The notes: generated by a model from the letters alone, not told the origin. Positions 1 to 8,079 are shown, counted from the first letter of the stretch. The stretch is DNA of 23,623 bases from Pseudomonadota bacterium (GCA_021325135.1 JAJPHT010000011.1:1-23623), one strand, 5' to 3'. Numbers and translations are program-made.

Positions 1-99
1 GGATTCCGATCAGAATTGCCCTTAGGGGGCGCTCCGTCGCCGCCTTCGGCGGCGACTTCGGCCCCCTACAAGGAATCCGGACAATTCTGATCGGAATCC
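1..99. repeat. Nested inverted repeat (long hairpin / REP-like element), possibly truncated by the window edge
   Basis: 1-18 GGATTCCGATCAGAATTG is the exact reverse complement of 82-99; 23-30 TAGGGGGC pairs with 61-68; 36-44 GTCGCCGCC pairs with 48-56 around a TTC loop. Confidence 0.85.
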
Positions 100-124
100 G
101 CGGTCGGTTTGCCTCCTGCTGGTG

Positions 125-847
125 TCAGAAGCACAGCAGGGGCGTCGCTGCGTTCGGGGGGAACGGGGATCCTGGCGTTGTGCCCCAGTAGATGATGACG
201 TGGACGGTGGTTCCTGCGGGGCAGGGCGGGGTGCCGGCGGGGACGGGCGGGGGGCCGCGGCCGAGGCCGACGTCGACCCAGGGGGCGCTCTCGCAGGTGG
301 GGTTGACGCCGGGCTTCCAGCCGGGGCCTGGCGTCGTCGTGCCGGGGCAGAGGGTGGGCGCGCCGCCGCAGGGGCCGGGGACGTTGTTCTCGATCACGGC
401 GACCTGGCCCGCGGGGCAGCCGGGAGGGCCGTTGTAGGCGCCATAGCAGAACGCCGTGTCCTCGGGGCTCGTGCCGGGGGCGGCCGTCGTGCGGTAGGGC
501 GGGAAGTCCAGCACGACGCCCACCTGGCCCGCCGTGGGCGCGGGCGTCAGGGGCGTGTAGTACACGCCGCAGCTGACCACCGAGGGCACGCCGGGCGGGA
601 CGGGCTGGGCGACGCAGCGGCCGCCATTGACCTTGCCGCTCAGCGTGACGCCCACCGTGGAGGGCGGGCTGCAGAAGCCCACCTGGAAGCAGGCCGAGGC
701 GTGGACGACGCAGTAGGTCCCGCACGAAGGGTCGTCGGAGCTGCACTCGGCCTGCGCGGCCGGGGCAGCGAAGAGGAGGGGCGTCGCGGCGAGGACGAGG
801 AGGAGCGCGGCCGCGGTCGCGCGGCGCTGGGGGCTGGAGGGCCTCAT
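125..847 (-). CDS. Secreted Cys/Pro-rich hypothetical protein (240 aa)
   Basis: ATG at 847 gives MRPSSPQRRATAAALLLVLAATPLLFAAPAAQA (signal peptide, AQA cleavage); 14 Cys, many Pro/Gly; GC3-biased codons. Confidence 0.75.
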   Translation of the reverse strand: MRPSSPQRRATAAALLLVLAATPLLFAAPAAQAECSSDDPSCGTYCVVHASACFQVGFCSPPSTVGVTLSGKVNGGRCVAQPVPPGVPSVVSCGVYYTPLTPAPTAGQVGVVLDFPPYRTTAAPGTSPEDTAFCYGAYNGPPGCPAGQVAVIENNVPGPCGGAPTLCPGTTTPGPGWKPGVNPTCESAPWVDVGLGRGPPPVPAGTPPCPAGTTVHVIIYWGTTPGSPFPPNAATPLLCF

Positions 848-943
848 GCGCCCAGAGGACGACGCGCCGAGGCCATCATCGTTCCGTGCAGGTGGTTGCT
901 GAAGCGCCGCGAGGCTCATGCGCCGCGAGGGCGCTCTCGCCGG

Positions 944-1285
944 GTGGACCTCGCCTCGTCGGGCTTCGCGGGATTCCTCCTCCTGGTGATCGTTCTCTTC
1001 GCCGCGAGCACCGCGCTCTCCGCGGGCACCATGAGGCGCGAGATCCGCCACGCCCGCGCGCGCAGGCAGGAGGTCCCCCCGATCGTCCGCTGGTGGCCCA
1101 GGGTCGTGCGGCGCCGGCTTGCGCTCCTGGGGGTGGGCGCCCTTCTCATCGCGCTGGGCGCGGGGGCCTTCGCCGCCGGGCTTGGCGCCGCGGGGCGCGT
1201 CCTCGTCACGCTGGGCCTCTTCGCCCTCTGCTACCTCGCGCAGGCGCACGTCCTGGCCGCCATCGCGCGGCGGGCAGGCGCCTAG
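944..1285 (+). CDS. Small membrane protein (~3 TM, 113 aa)
   Basis: GTG at 944 in frame with the 122..1285 ORF; hydrophobic segments GFAGFLLLVIVLFAA, LALLGVGALLIALGAGAF and VLVTLGLFALCYLA. Confidence 0.6.
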   Translation: MDLASSGFAGFLLLVIVLFAASTALSAGTMRREIRHARARRQEVPPIVRWWPRVVRRRLALLGVGALLIALGAGAFAAGLGAAGRVLVTLGLFALCYLAQAHVLAAIARRAGA

Positions 1286-1336
1286 CATCGACGACGCGGC
1301 CAGACGCCTTTTCGCGTCGCGCCTTCAGGCATCCGC

Positions 1337-1546
1337 ATGGACGCTCCCACCTTCGGCCTCCCCGCACAGGCCCTCGCCGTGCTGATGATCGTCTTCGGCC
1401 TGCTCATCCTCGTGCTCCCCGCCATGCTCCCCTGGCTGGTGGGCATCCTGCTCATCGTCGTGGGCGTCGCGTGGCTCGTGGGCGCCTCCGGCTGGTTGCG
1501 CGGGCCCGCGCCGCGCCGGGAGCGCTACGCGCCGCCGCGCCTCTGA
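1337..1546 (+). CDS. Small membrane protein, DUF3096-like
   Basis: LMIVFGLLILVLPAMLPWLVGILLIVVGVAWL fits the DUF3096 pattern (GxLILxxPxxLxxxVxxxLIxxG). Confidence 0.75.
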   Translation: MDAPTFGLPAQALAVLMIVFGLLILVLPAMLPWLVGILLIVVGVAWLVGASGWLRGPAPRRERYAPPRL

Positions 1547-2400
1547 AGGAGCGCCGCGACGAGGACCGCCGCCGCGCCCAGCGCGAGCCCGGGCCCCGGC
1601 GTCGCCCTGGGCGTCTCCAGCACGGGCGCCTGCGCCGTGAGCACGCCGTCCGAGGGGCCCGGCGCGGAGAGGTTCGCCTTCACGTAGGCGATCCCCGCCT
1701 CGGGGTGGTAGGGCGCGCTGAAGCGCTTGCCCATGCTCTCCACCGTGAGCGTGCCGTTGCGGACGGGCGCCGAGAGGTTCACGCGCACCGCGAAGTCGCC
1801 GTAGTTGTTCGTCGCCGCCTGGAGCGTCTCCTCCACGCCGTCGTGGGAGAAGGTGAGGTTCACGGGCGCGAGGTTGACGGTGAGGCCGTTCACGGGGACC
1901 CCTTCCAGGACGGCGCCCGCCTGGGGCTGCCAGACGCGGCCGGCCAGGGTCGCCGTGCGGTCCAGCGCGTTGTCGCCCCCGACGCCCGAGGGCAGCCGCA
2001 GCACGACGTAGCTCGCGCGGAAGTCGGGGTCCAGCGTGACGACGCGCTCCGTGGCGTCCATCCCCTGCACGCGCAGCGCGGCCTGCGGCGGGACGGCCGA
2101 AGGGACGACGTGGACGTGATAGCAGAACATGAACTCGCCCAGCGCGTTGGTGACGGGCCGCATGATGGTGACGCCCCACGCGGCGGTCTCGGTGCGGGGC
2201 TGCGAGCCGCACGGGCCTTCCAGCGGCAGGGAGGGGTCGAGGACCACCTGCACCGTGGCGTTGGGCACGGGCCTGCCCGCGTCGTCCACGACGCGCCCCA
2301 CGAAGAGGTAGCGGTGCGAGTAGACGTGGTCCGCGGCCGCGGGGGGCGCCAGGCTGGGCAGGATCGCCAGGAGGAGAAGGAGGAGGGCCGCGCTTCGCAC
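1525..2400 (-). CDS. Secreted beta-sandwich (carboxypeptidase-regulatory-like) protein with PGF-CTERM-like anchor
   Basis: GTG at 2400; signal peptide ending AAA|DHVYSH; GRVVDDAGRPVPNATV and TNxxGxF motifs twice; C-terminal TPGPGLALGAAAVLVAALLQRR. Confidence 0.75.
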   Translation of the reverse strand: MRSAALLLLLLAILPSLAPPAAADHVYSHRYLFVGRVVDDAGRPVPNATVQVVLDPSLPLEGPCGSQPRTETAAWGVTIMRPVTNALGEFMFCYHVHVVPSAVPPQAALRVQGMDATERVVTLDPDFRASYVVLRLPSGVGGDNALDRTATLAGRVWQPQAGAVLEGVPVNGLTVNLAPVNLTFSHDGVEETLQAATNNYGDFAVRVNLSAPVRNGTLTVESMGKRFSAPYHPEAGIAYVKANLSAPGPSDGVLTAQAPVLETPRATPGPGLALGAAAVLVAALLQRRGGA

Positions 2401-2426
2401 GCGGCCCCTAGGCGAGGGCCGGGGCT

Positions 2427-2870
2427 TCAACGTTGCCCGCGGCGCAGCACGAGGGCGGCGGCGCCAGCGGCCCCCGCGAGGGCGACCAGCTCGAAGCCGG
2501 GCGCCTTGGCCGCGGGCGTGGTGCCGGCGGGGGCGCTGGGGGGCGTGGCGCCCGAGGCGGGCGTCGTCGCGGCCGCGCCCGAGCCGTCGTCCGCGGGCGT
2601 CGCGGCGGTGGCGTCGGAGGGCGTCCCGGTGTCGTTGAGATAGCTCGTGTCCTCGGGCGGCACGGAGGTGTCCATGTCGGAGTCGTTCACCGCGGGGTCC
2701 TGGCCCGGCGTCGCGTCCGTGGGCGAGGCGGGCGTCGCGGAGTCGTTGGCGTAGGACGAATTGTCCGAGGGCGCCGTCGTGTTGTAGTCGGAGTCGCTGG
2801 GCGCCTGGGCGTGGACGAAGGGCGCGGCGGCGAGGGCGGTCAGCAGGGCGAGCGCGAGAGGCGTCTTCAT
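2427..2870 (-). CDS. Acidic, disordered, PGF-CTERM-anchored surface glycoprotein
   Basis: Signal peptide; D/S/T/P/A-rich body; 5 N-X-S/T sequons; C-terminal APGF + TM + RR, the classic archaeosortase A signal. Confidence 0.85.
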   Translation of the reverse strand: MKTPLALALLTALAAAPFVHAQAPSDSDYNTTAPSDNSSYANDSATPASPTDATPGQDPAVNDSDMDTSVPPEDTSYLNDTGTPSDATAATPADDGSGAAATTPASGATPPSAPAGTTPAAKAPGFELVALAGAAGAAALVLRRGQR

Positions 2871-2873
2871 GCG

Positions 2874-2881
2874 ATCACCTC
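2874..2881 (-). promoter_or_regulatory. Shine-Dalgarno GAGGTGAT for the 2870 gene
   Basis: Minus strand reads ...TGAGGTGATCGCATG, overlapping the stop codon of the upstream gene. Confidence 0.7.
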
Positions 2882-3434
2882 ACGGGCGCGGGTTCGACGC
2901 GAGCCAGTCGTGCTCCAGCGCGGCGAACTCCGCCTTGGCGCCCTCCTTGGCGGCCTTCAGCGCGTCCGCGAGGGCCTGCCGCTCCGCCTGGTGCGACGCG
3001 AGGGCGGCCTGGCGCAGCGGCGCGAGCTTGTCCTTCATGCACGAGGCGAGGACGCCGCCGTGCGGGCCCGACGCGTTGCGGTCGTAGGGCGCGGCCTGCG
3101 CGAGGCAGTCCTTGTACGCCTGGAGCTTGCCGTCCTCGAACGTCGCGCGGACGTGGCTGAGGTTCGCGTCGTGCTGGAGGATCGCCAGCGTCTTGTTCTC
3201 CTCGAAGCGCTCCAGCGCGGTGAAGCGGAAGCGCGTCATGTTGGTGACGCACTCGGCGCGCCACTTGGCCTGGGCCGCGCTGGGCGCGCCGCTGGCCGCG
3301 CAGGGCTTCTCGGGGGCCGCGGGGCTTCCGGAGGTCGTCGCGTTGTCGGACTGGGCCAGGGCCACCCCGACGCCGCCCGCCACCAAGGCGAGCAGCAGCA
3401 GGGTCGTGGGAAGACGGGTCGAGCGCATGGGCAT
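2880..3434 (-). CDS. Secreted alpha-helical/coiled-coil protein
   Basis: Signal peptide LLLLALVAGGVGVALA; helical A/K/E-rich body; 4 Cys; several N-glycosylation sequons. Confidence 0.8.
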   Translation of the reverse strand: MPMRSTRLPTTLLLLALVAGGVGVALAQSDNATTSGSPAAPEKPCAASGAPSAAQAKWRAECVTNMTRFRFTALERFEENKTLAILQHDANLSHVRATFEDGKLQAYKDCLAQAAPYDRNASGPHGGVLASCMKDKLAPLRQAALASHQAERQALADALKAAKEGAKAEFAALEHDWLASNPRP

Positions 3435-3459
3435 CGCGACCCGACATCGTGGCCAGCCT

Positions 3460-3467
3460 GTATATCA
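3460..3467 (-). promoter_or_regulatory. TATA-like box (TGATATAC) for the 3434 gene/operon
   Basis: AT-rich motif 26-33 nt upstream of the ATG at 3434 in otherwise very GC-rich DNA. Confidence 0.55.
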
Positions 3468-3545
3468 TGCCACGCCAGAATCACGCCCGGGACCCGCCTC
3501 GTTCCTGGGCGAAGGATGAAGCGCCGCCCCTCCGCTGGCGTGGCC

Positions 3546-3983
3546 ATGGCCGAGCCCCGCATCCGCGCGCTCACCCTGCGCGACGTGGACCGCATCCTGG
3601 AGATCGACTCCGCCGTCACCAAGACCGCGGTCAAGAGCGGCGACAACGACCTCTGGCGGCTCATCGCGGAGACGACGACGTGCTTCGGCGCCGAGATCGA
3701 CGGGAAGCTCCTGGGCTTCGTGCTCGCCGACATCCGGCCCTGGGAGTTCGGCCGCCGCGCGCACGTGGGCTGGGTCATTGCGCTGGGCGTCCACCCCGAG
3801 GCGCAGGGCAAGGGGCTGGGCAAGCTCCTGGGCGAGCGCGTCCTCGACCAGTTCCACCGCTTGGGCGTCTCTCGCGTGCAGACCCTCGTGGAGCCGCAGA
3901 CGAAGGAGCTGGAGGGCTACTTCAAGGCCCTGGGGTTCAAGGAGAGCCCGGCCAAGGTGCTGGTCCTCGAGAGCAAGCCCTGA
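3546..3983 (+). CDS. GNAT family N-acetyltransferase
   Basis: Motif A LGVHPEAQGKGLGKLL, AEIDGKLLGF and YFKALGF; a WEFG motif precedes motif A. Confidence 0.9.
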   Translation: MAEPRIRALTLRDVDRILEIDSAVTKTAVKSGDNDLWRLIAETTTCFGAEIDGKLLGFVLADIRPWEFGRRAHVGWVIALGVHPEAQGKGLGKLLGERVLDQFHRLGVSRVQTLVEPQTKELEGYFKALGFKESPAKVLVLESKP

Positions 3984-4071
3984 ACCCGTCCGGCGGGCGC
4001 GCGCAGCCGGTCGGATACACCCCCAGGGATTCGGGAAAAAGATTGAGGCCACCTTCAGGGGTGCGCCCCCG

Positions 4072-5319
4072 ATGCGCGCGCCCCTCGCCATCCTGCTCGT
4101 CGTCCTCCTCGCCCTGCCCGCGACCTCCGCGCTGCCGCTGCCTCCGCCCACGGCGCCCCCCGCCGCGCACGCGACCTTCGACCGCACGGCGTACCGCGCG
4201 CAGGTGGACAAGGCCGTGCAGTTCGCGCTGGGCTATCAAAAGCCCGACGGCGGCGTCTACGAGTACGCCTTCCTCCTCAAGGACCAGGACGCGAGCCTCG
4301 CGCTGAAGCTCCTCGCGGGCTCCGAGACGCTCCCCGTCCGCGGCTCGAACCTCAGCGCGCTCATCCACTACTTCGAGAGCGTCCAGGGCGTCGACGGCTC
4401 CTTCGGCTCCGGCTCCACCGTGCCCACCGTCACGACGCAGGCCATCGACGGCCTCCTGGACGCGGGCTACGACCAGGGCAGCACCGTGATGACGCGCGCG
4501 CTCAACTACGTGCGCCTCTCCCAGGGCGTCGACGGCTCGTGGAGCGACGGGGGCAGCCCGGCCTCGCACCAGACGGCCTTCGACGTCGAGGTGCTGCTGC
4601 GCGCGGGCACGGCGCGCGACGACGCGCGCCTTCAGCAGGCCATCGGCTTCATCCTCTCCTGCCAGAACGGGGCCAGCGGCGGCTTCGCGCCGACCACCGG
4701 CTTCTTCGAGACGCCCGCCGCGACGGCGGACGTGATCTGGGGCCTCGACGCGTACCTGCGCGCGCCCGCCACCGGCCGCGAGACGTACACGCAGGCCCAG
4801 GTGCAGGCCGCGGTGGACGCCGCGCTGGGCTACCTCGCCGCGCAGCTGGACCCCGTGACGCACTACTGGCAGCAGAACGTCGGCGCCAACGCGCAGATCG
4901 TCGGCCCCGTGGCGCGCTACTACGCGGCGCGCGACCTCGCGCAGCCCCAGTGGCTCCTGGACGGCGCGCAGGTCCTCCTGGACCACCAGAACGCGCAGGG
5001 CGGCCTCACCTACAACTCGGGCAGCGGCGTCGCGGTGGACTGGACCTTCGCGGCCTTCGCGGGCGTCAACGAGATCGCGCGCACGCTGGGCTCCACCGAC
5101 TCCATGTCCGTGCAGACCACCGTCGCGCAGGACGGCGCCTACTCCGCGCCCACGACCAGCGTTACGCTGGTCAACGACGCGGGCGCGACCGTCGCCAGCG
5201 CCAGCGGCCCCGCCGGCTTCCTCACGCTCTCGTGGACCTCGCTCCCCGCGGGGCACTACACGGCGCGCGTGGCCAGCGCGGGCGCCACGACGTCCTCCAC
5301 CACCGTCTGGATCGGGTGA
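4072..5319 (+). CDS. Secreted prenyltransferase/squalene-oxidase (QW) repeat protein with C-terminal Ig-like domain
   Basis: ATG at 4072 with signal peptide; QW-type motifs YQKPDGG, VQGVDGSF, SQGVDGSW, CQNGASGGF and HQNAQGGL; beta-rich tail LPAGHYTARV. Confidence 0.8.
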   Translation: MRAPLAILLVVLLALPATSALPLPPPTAPPAAHATFDRTAYRAQVDKAVQFALGYQKPDGGVYEYAFLLKDQDASLALKLLAGSETLPVRGSNLSALIHYFESVQGVDGSFGSGSTVPTVTTQAIDGLLDAGYDQGSTVMTRALNYVRLSQGVDGSWSDGGSPASHQTAFDVEVLLRAGTARDDARLQQAIGFILSCQNGASGGFAPTTGFFETPAATADVIWGLDAYLRAPATGRETYTQAQVQAAVDAALGYLAAQLDPVTHYWQQNVGANAQIVGPVARYYAARDLAQPQWLLDGAQVLLDHQNAQGGLTYNSGSGVAVDWTFAAFAGVNEIARTLGSTDSMSVQTTVAQDGAYSAPTTSVTLVNDAGATVASASGPAGFLTLSWTSLPAGHYTARVASAGATTSSTTVWIG

Positions 5320-5373
5320 GCCTTCGCCCCCGGGGGCGGTGGCGTTATCTCCCCATCGCCCCCTGGCCGGCGC

Positions 5374-5835
5374 ATGTCCCACCAAGTGACCTACGCCCCA
5401 GCCCAGGCCACGGCTCCGGCCAAGAGCCCGGAGCGCACCATGCTCGTGCGCCTGCTGATCTTCCTGCTCATCCTCGCCGCGCTGGGTGCGCTGGCCATCT
5501 TCTTCATGCGCTTCCCCGACCGGCGCCCCCTCGCGCTGGTGCTGGCGGTCCTGGGCGCCCTTCTCCACGAGCTTGTCCAGAGCGGCGGCGTCGTCCACTT
5601 CCCCACGGCGCTGGACGACGAGGTCTACCTGGGCACGTTCGGCGGCGTCGCGGTGGGGCTCCTCACGGGGCTCGCCGCCATCGCCACCGTCTCCAGCGCG
5701 CCAGGCGTCGTGCTCACCGACGCGGGCGCCGTCACGACGGGCCTCACCGGCTTCGTGCTCAAGGGGGGCGCGGAGTCCCTCGTGGCGCACCACTCCGTGC
5801 GCGCCATGGTGAAGGAGAGCCTCCTCAGGCCTTGA
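5374..5835 (+). CDS. Membrane protein, DUF4257-like
   Basis: Several TM segments; LGALLHELVQSGG...FP...YLGTFGGVAVGLLTG resembles the DUF4257 pattern (from memory). Confidence 0.65.
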   Translation: MSHQVTYAPAQATAPAKSPERTMLVRLLIFLLILAALGALAIFFMRFPDRRPLALVLAVLGALLHELVQSGGVVHFPTALDDEVYLGTFGGVAVGLLTGLAAIATVSSAPGVVLTDAGAVTTGLTGFVLKGGAESLVAHHSVRAMVKESLLRP

Positions 5836-6595
5836 GCACGTACTCGATGCGCTCGCGGTTGGAGCCCTTGCCCTCCCGCGCGACGATCTCCATGAGGCCG
5901 ATCTCGCCCGTGCGCGCGACGTGCGTCCCCGCGCAGGGGCACACGTCGATGGTCCGCGGCTCGGAGGGGTCGTACACCTCGACGATGCGCAGGCGCCTCA
6001 CGCTCTGCGGCACGAGGCCCAGCAGGTTGCGCTCGCTCATCCTGTCCGCCTTGAGGCGCGCCTCCAGGACGGCGCGGTCCTCCTCGTAGACGCGCACCGG
6101 CAGGTCCGCGGCGAGGATGCGGTTCACCTCGGCCTCCAGGTCGCGAAGCCCCTCGGGCGAGAGCTTGGCGGGCTCGAAGTCGATGCGGCTGCGGTCGGCG
6201 TGGAGCTGGTTCCCCACGGTGCGCCCCTGGCGCGAGCGCCACATGACGCCCGACACGATGTGCTGCGCGGTGTGCATGCGCATGTGCTGGTGGCGCAGCG
6301 CCCAGTCGATCTCGCCGTGGACGCGCGCCCCTTGCGGCGGCACGTCGCCCTCCAGCTCGTGCTTCACCGCGCCCTTCTTGCTCACGTGCTTCACGCGCGC
6401 CTCGCCGCCGTCCCAGGTGAGCTTGCCCACGTCGCTGGGCTGGCCGCCGCCTTCGGCGTAGAACGCCGTGCGGTCCAGCACGACCCAGTCCTCCAGCGCC
6501 TTCTGCACGACCGCGTCCATGCTGCGGACGTAGTTCGGGTTGCCCGCGGCGCCCTGCCTGCCGTCGGAGGCGGGCATCCAGAGGAGGTCGGTCAT
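5825..6595 (-). CDS. alaXM: Alanyl-tRNA editing protein AlaX-M
   Basis: LDRTAFYAEGGGQPSD, the zinc-binding HxxxH (MRMHTAQH) and CxGTH (CPCAGTHV) motifs; 256 aa; ATG at 6595. Confidence 0.93.
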   Translation of the reverse strand: MTDLLWMPASDGRQGAAGNPNYVRSMDAVVQKALEDWVVLDRTAFYAEGGGQPSDVGKLTWDGGEARVKHVSKKGAVKHELEGDVPPQGARVHGEIDWALRHQHMRMHTAQHIVSGVMWRSRQGRTVGNQLHADRSRIDFEPAKLSPEGLRDLEAEVNRILAADLPVRVYEEDRAVLEARLKADRMSERNLLGLVPQSVRRLRIVEVYDPSEPRTIDVCPCAGTHVARTGEIGLMEIVAREGKGSNRERIEYVLKA

Positions 6596-6636
6596 CGGCC
6601 CTTGACTCGCGCGGATGGTACTTGGGCCTTGCCGGA

Positions 6637-7896
6637 TCACGCGCCCAGCGGCGCGTCCTCGGGCGGGGGCGGCGCGGGGGCGGGTCCGCCCTCCACGAAG
6701 TCCAGCGAGGCGCCGTGCGTCTCGGGGACGCCGAAGAGGGCGAGGAGCGCGAGGCCGCAGGTGGCGAGGCCCACCCAGAGCGCGGCGTTGACGAGGCCGG
6801 CGGAGGGGCGCAGCGCCTGGAACGCGAGGGTGAGGGGCACGACGGCGCCGCGGATGAGGTTGGGCACGGTGGTGACGACGGTGGCGCGCACGTTGGTGCC
6901 GAACGACTCGGCGGCGCTGGTCATGAGCACGGTCCAGTAGCCGGTGGCGGCGCCCAGCATGGCGCACGTCGCGTAGAAGGCCCACAGGCGCAGCCAGCGC
7001 ACCTCCAGGAGCGCGACGCTCACCGCGAGCACGCCCAGGATGCCCAGGGCGAGGAAGGCGCGCCGCTTCCCGAGGCGCTGGCTCATGGCGCCCAGGACGA
7101 AGCCGCCCGCCGCGATGCCCACGTAGCACCAGAGGATGGCGAGGCCCGCGTTCACGACGCCGCCCACCTTGAGGGGGACCGACAATTCGGGCGAGAAGGT
7201 GACGAGGATGCCCACCGCGTACCAGACGGGGATGCCGGCGACGACGATGCAGAGCCAGCGCAGCGCGGTGCGCGGGCGTGACAGCAGCGTGCGGAGGCGG
7301 CCGCGGGCGACGGCGGAGGGGAGCGCCTGGAAGAGGCCCGACTCGGCGAGGCGGACGCGCAGCAGGAGGAGCAGCAGGCCCAGCGCACCGCCCAGGGCGA
7401 AGGCGACGCGCCACGAGAGGTAGCGGCCCACCAGCGCCGCGGCCACCGCGCCAAGGATGCCCACGCCCGCGACGATGGCGGTGCCGTAGCCGCGGCTGCG
7501 GGCGGGGAGAAGCTCCGAGACCAGCGTGACCGCCGCGCCCAGCTCCCCCGCGAGGCCCACGCCCGCGACGAAGCGGAGGATGGCGTACTCGGCGACGTTG
7601 GTGGCCAGCGCGTTGGCGAGGTTCGCCAGGGAGTAGAGCGCGATGCTGCCGAAGAGGACGCTCTTGCGGCCGCGCTTGTCGCCCAGCACGCCCCAGAGGA
7701 CGCCGCCCACCAGGAGGCCCGCCATCTGGACGTTGAGCAGCAGCACGCCGCGGTCCAGCAGCGCCGCGCCCGAGAGCCCCAGCGCGGTGAGGCTCGGGAC
7801 GCGCACGATGCTGAAGAGGAGCAGGTCGTAGACGTCCACGAAGTAGCCCAGCGCGCTGACGAGCACCGTCGCCGTCAGCACCTCCCGCCAGCCCAT
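6637..7896 (-). CDS. MFS transporter
   Basis: LGYFVDVYD, motif A GVLGDKRGRK, RFVAGVGLAGE, SELLP..RG and AESFGTNVRAT; about 12 TM; ATG at 7896. Confidence 0.92.
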   Translation of the reverse strand: MGWREVLTATVLVSALGYFVDVYDLLLFSIVRVPSLTALGLSGAALLDRGVLLLNVQMAGLLVGGVLWGVLGDKRGRKSVLFGSIALYSLANLANALATNVAEYAILRFVAGVGLAGELGAAVTLVSELLPARSRGYGTAIVAGVGILGAVAAALVGRYLSWRVAFALGGALGLLLLLLRVRLAESGLFQALPSAVARGRLRTLLSRPRTALRWLCIVVAGIPVWYAVGILVTFSPELSVPLKVGGVVNAGLAILWCYVGIAAGGFVLGAMSQRLGKRRAFLALGILGVLAVSVALLEVRWLRLWAFYATCAMLGAATGYWTVLMTSAAESFGTNVRATVVTTVPNLIRGAVVPLTLAFQALRPSAGLVNAALWVGLATCGLALLALFGVPETHGASLDFVEGGPAPAPPPPEDAPLGA

Positions 7897-7965
7897 GGCC
7901 CGTCGCACGGGGTCGCGGGAGCATAGGCTTTGGCGCGCCCTGGGGTCCTGGGTGTTTGTGTCTCT

Positions 7966-8079
7966 CGTCACTTCTGGACGCCACGACGCCACGACGCCAC
8001 GACGCGACGACCCGGGAAACCCGTGTCCCCTCGTCCGTCGCGTCGTGGCGCCGTGGCGTCGTCGCGTCCAGAAGTGACG
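7966..8079. repeat. 114-bp palindrome: 44-bp arms each containing a (CCACGACG)x3 tandem repeat
   Basis: 7966-8009 versus 8036-8079 are reverse complements with 2 mismatches; 26-nt spacer containing CGGG-AAA-CCCG. Confidence 0.9.

Noticed and set aside
140-330. Archaeal type IV pilin-like C-terminal pattern (WKPG ... GTTVHVIIYW)
   Set aside because: The protein has a class I-type signal peptide, not a class III prepilin site; similarity too weak
4072-5319. Squalene-hopene cyclase / hopanoid synthesis in an archaeon
   Set aside because: Too short for the two-domain cyclase, lacks DXDD and carries a signal peptide
5325-5338. Perfect palindrome CGCCCCCGGGGGCG after the QW-repeat gene
   Set aside because: Low-complexity GC-only sequence, plausible by chance; no U-tract
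82-7980. 9/12 match between the two palindromes (CAATTCTGATCG at 82-93 vs CACTTCTGGACG at 7969-7980)
   Set aside because: Too short, and in opposite orientation relative to the loops; cannot claim one family
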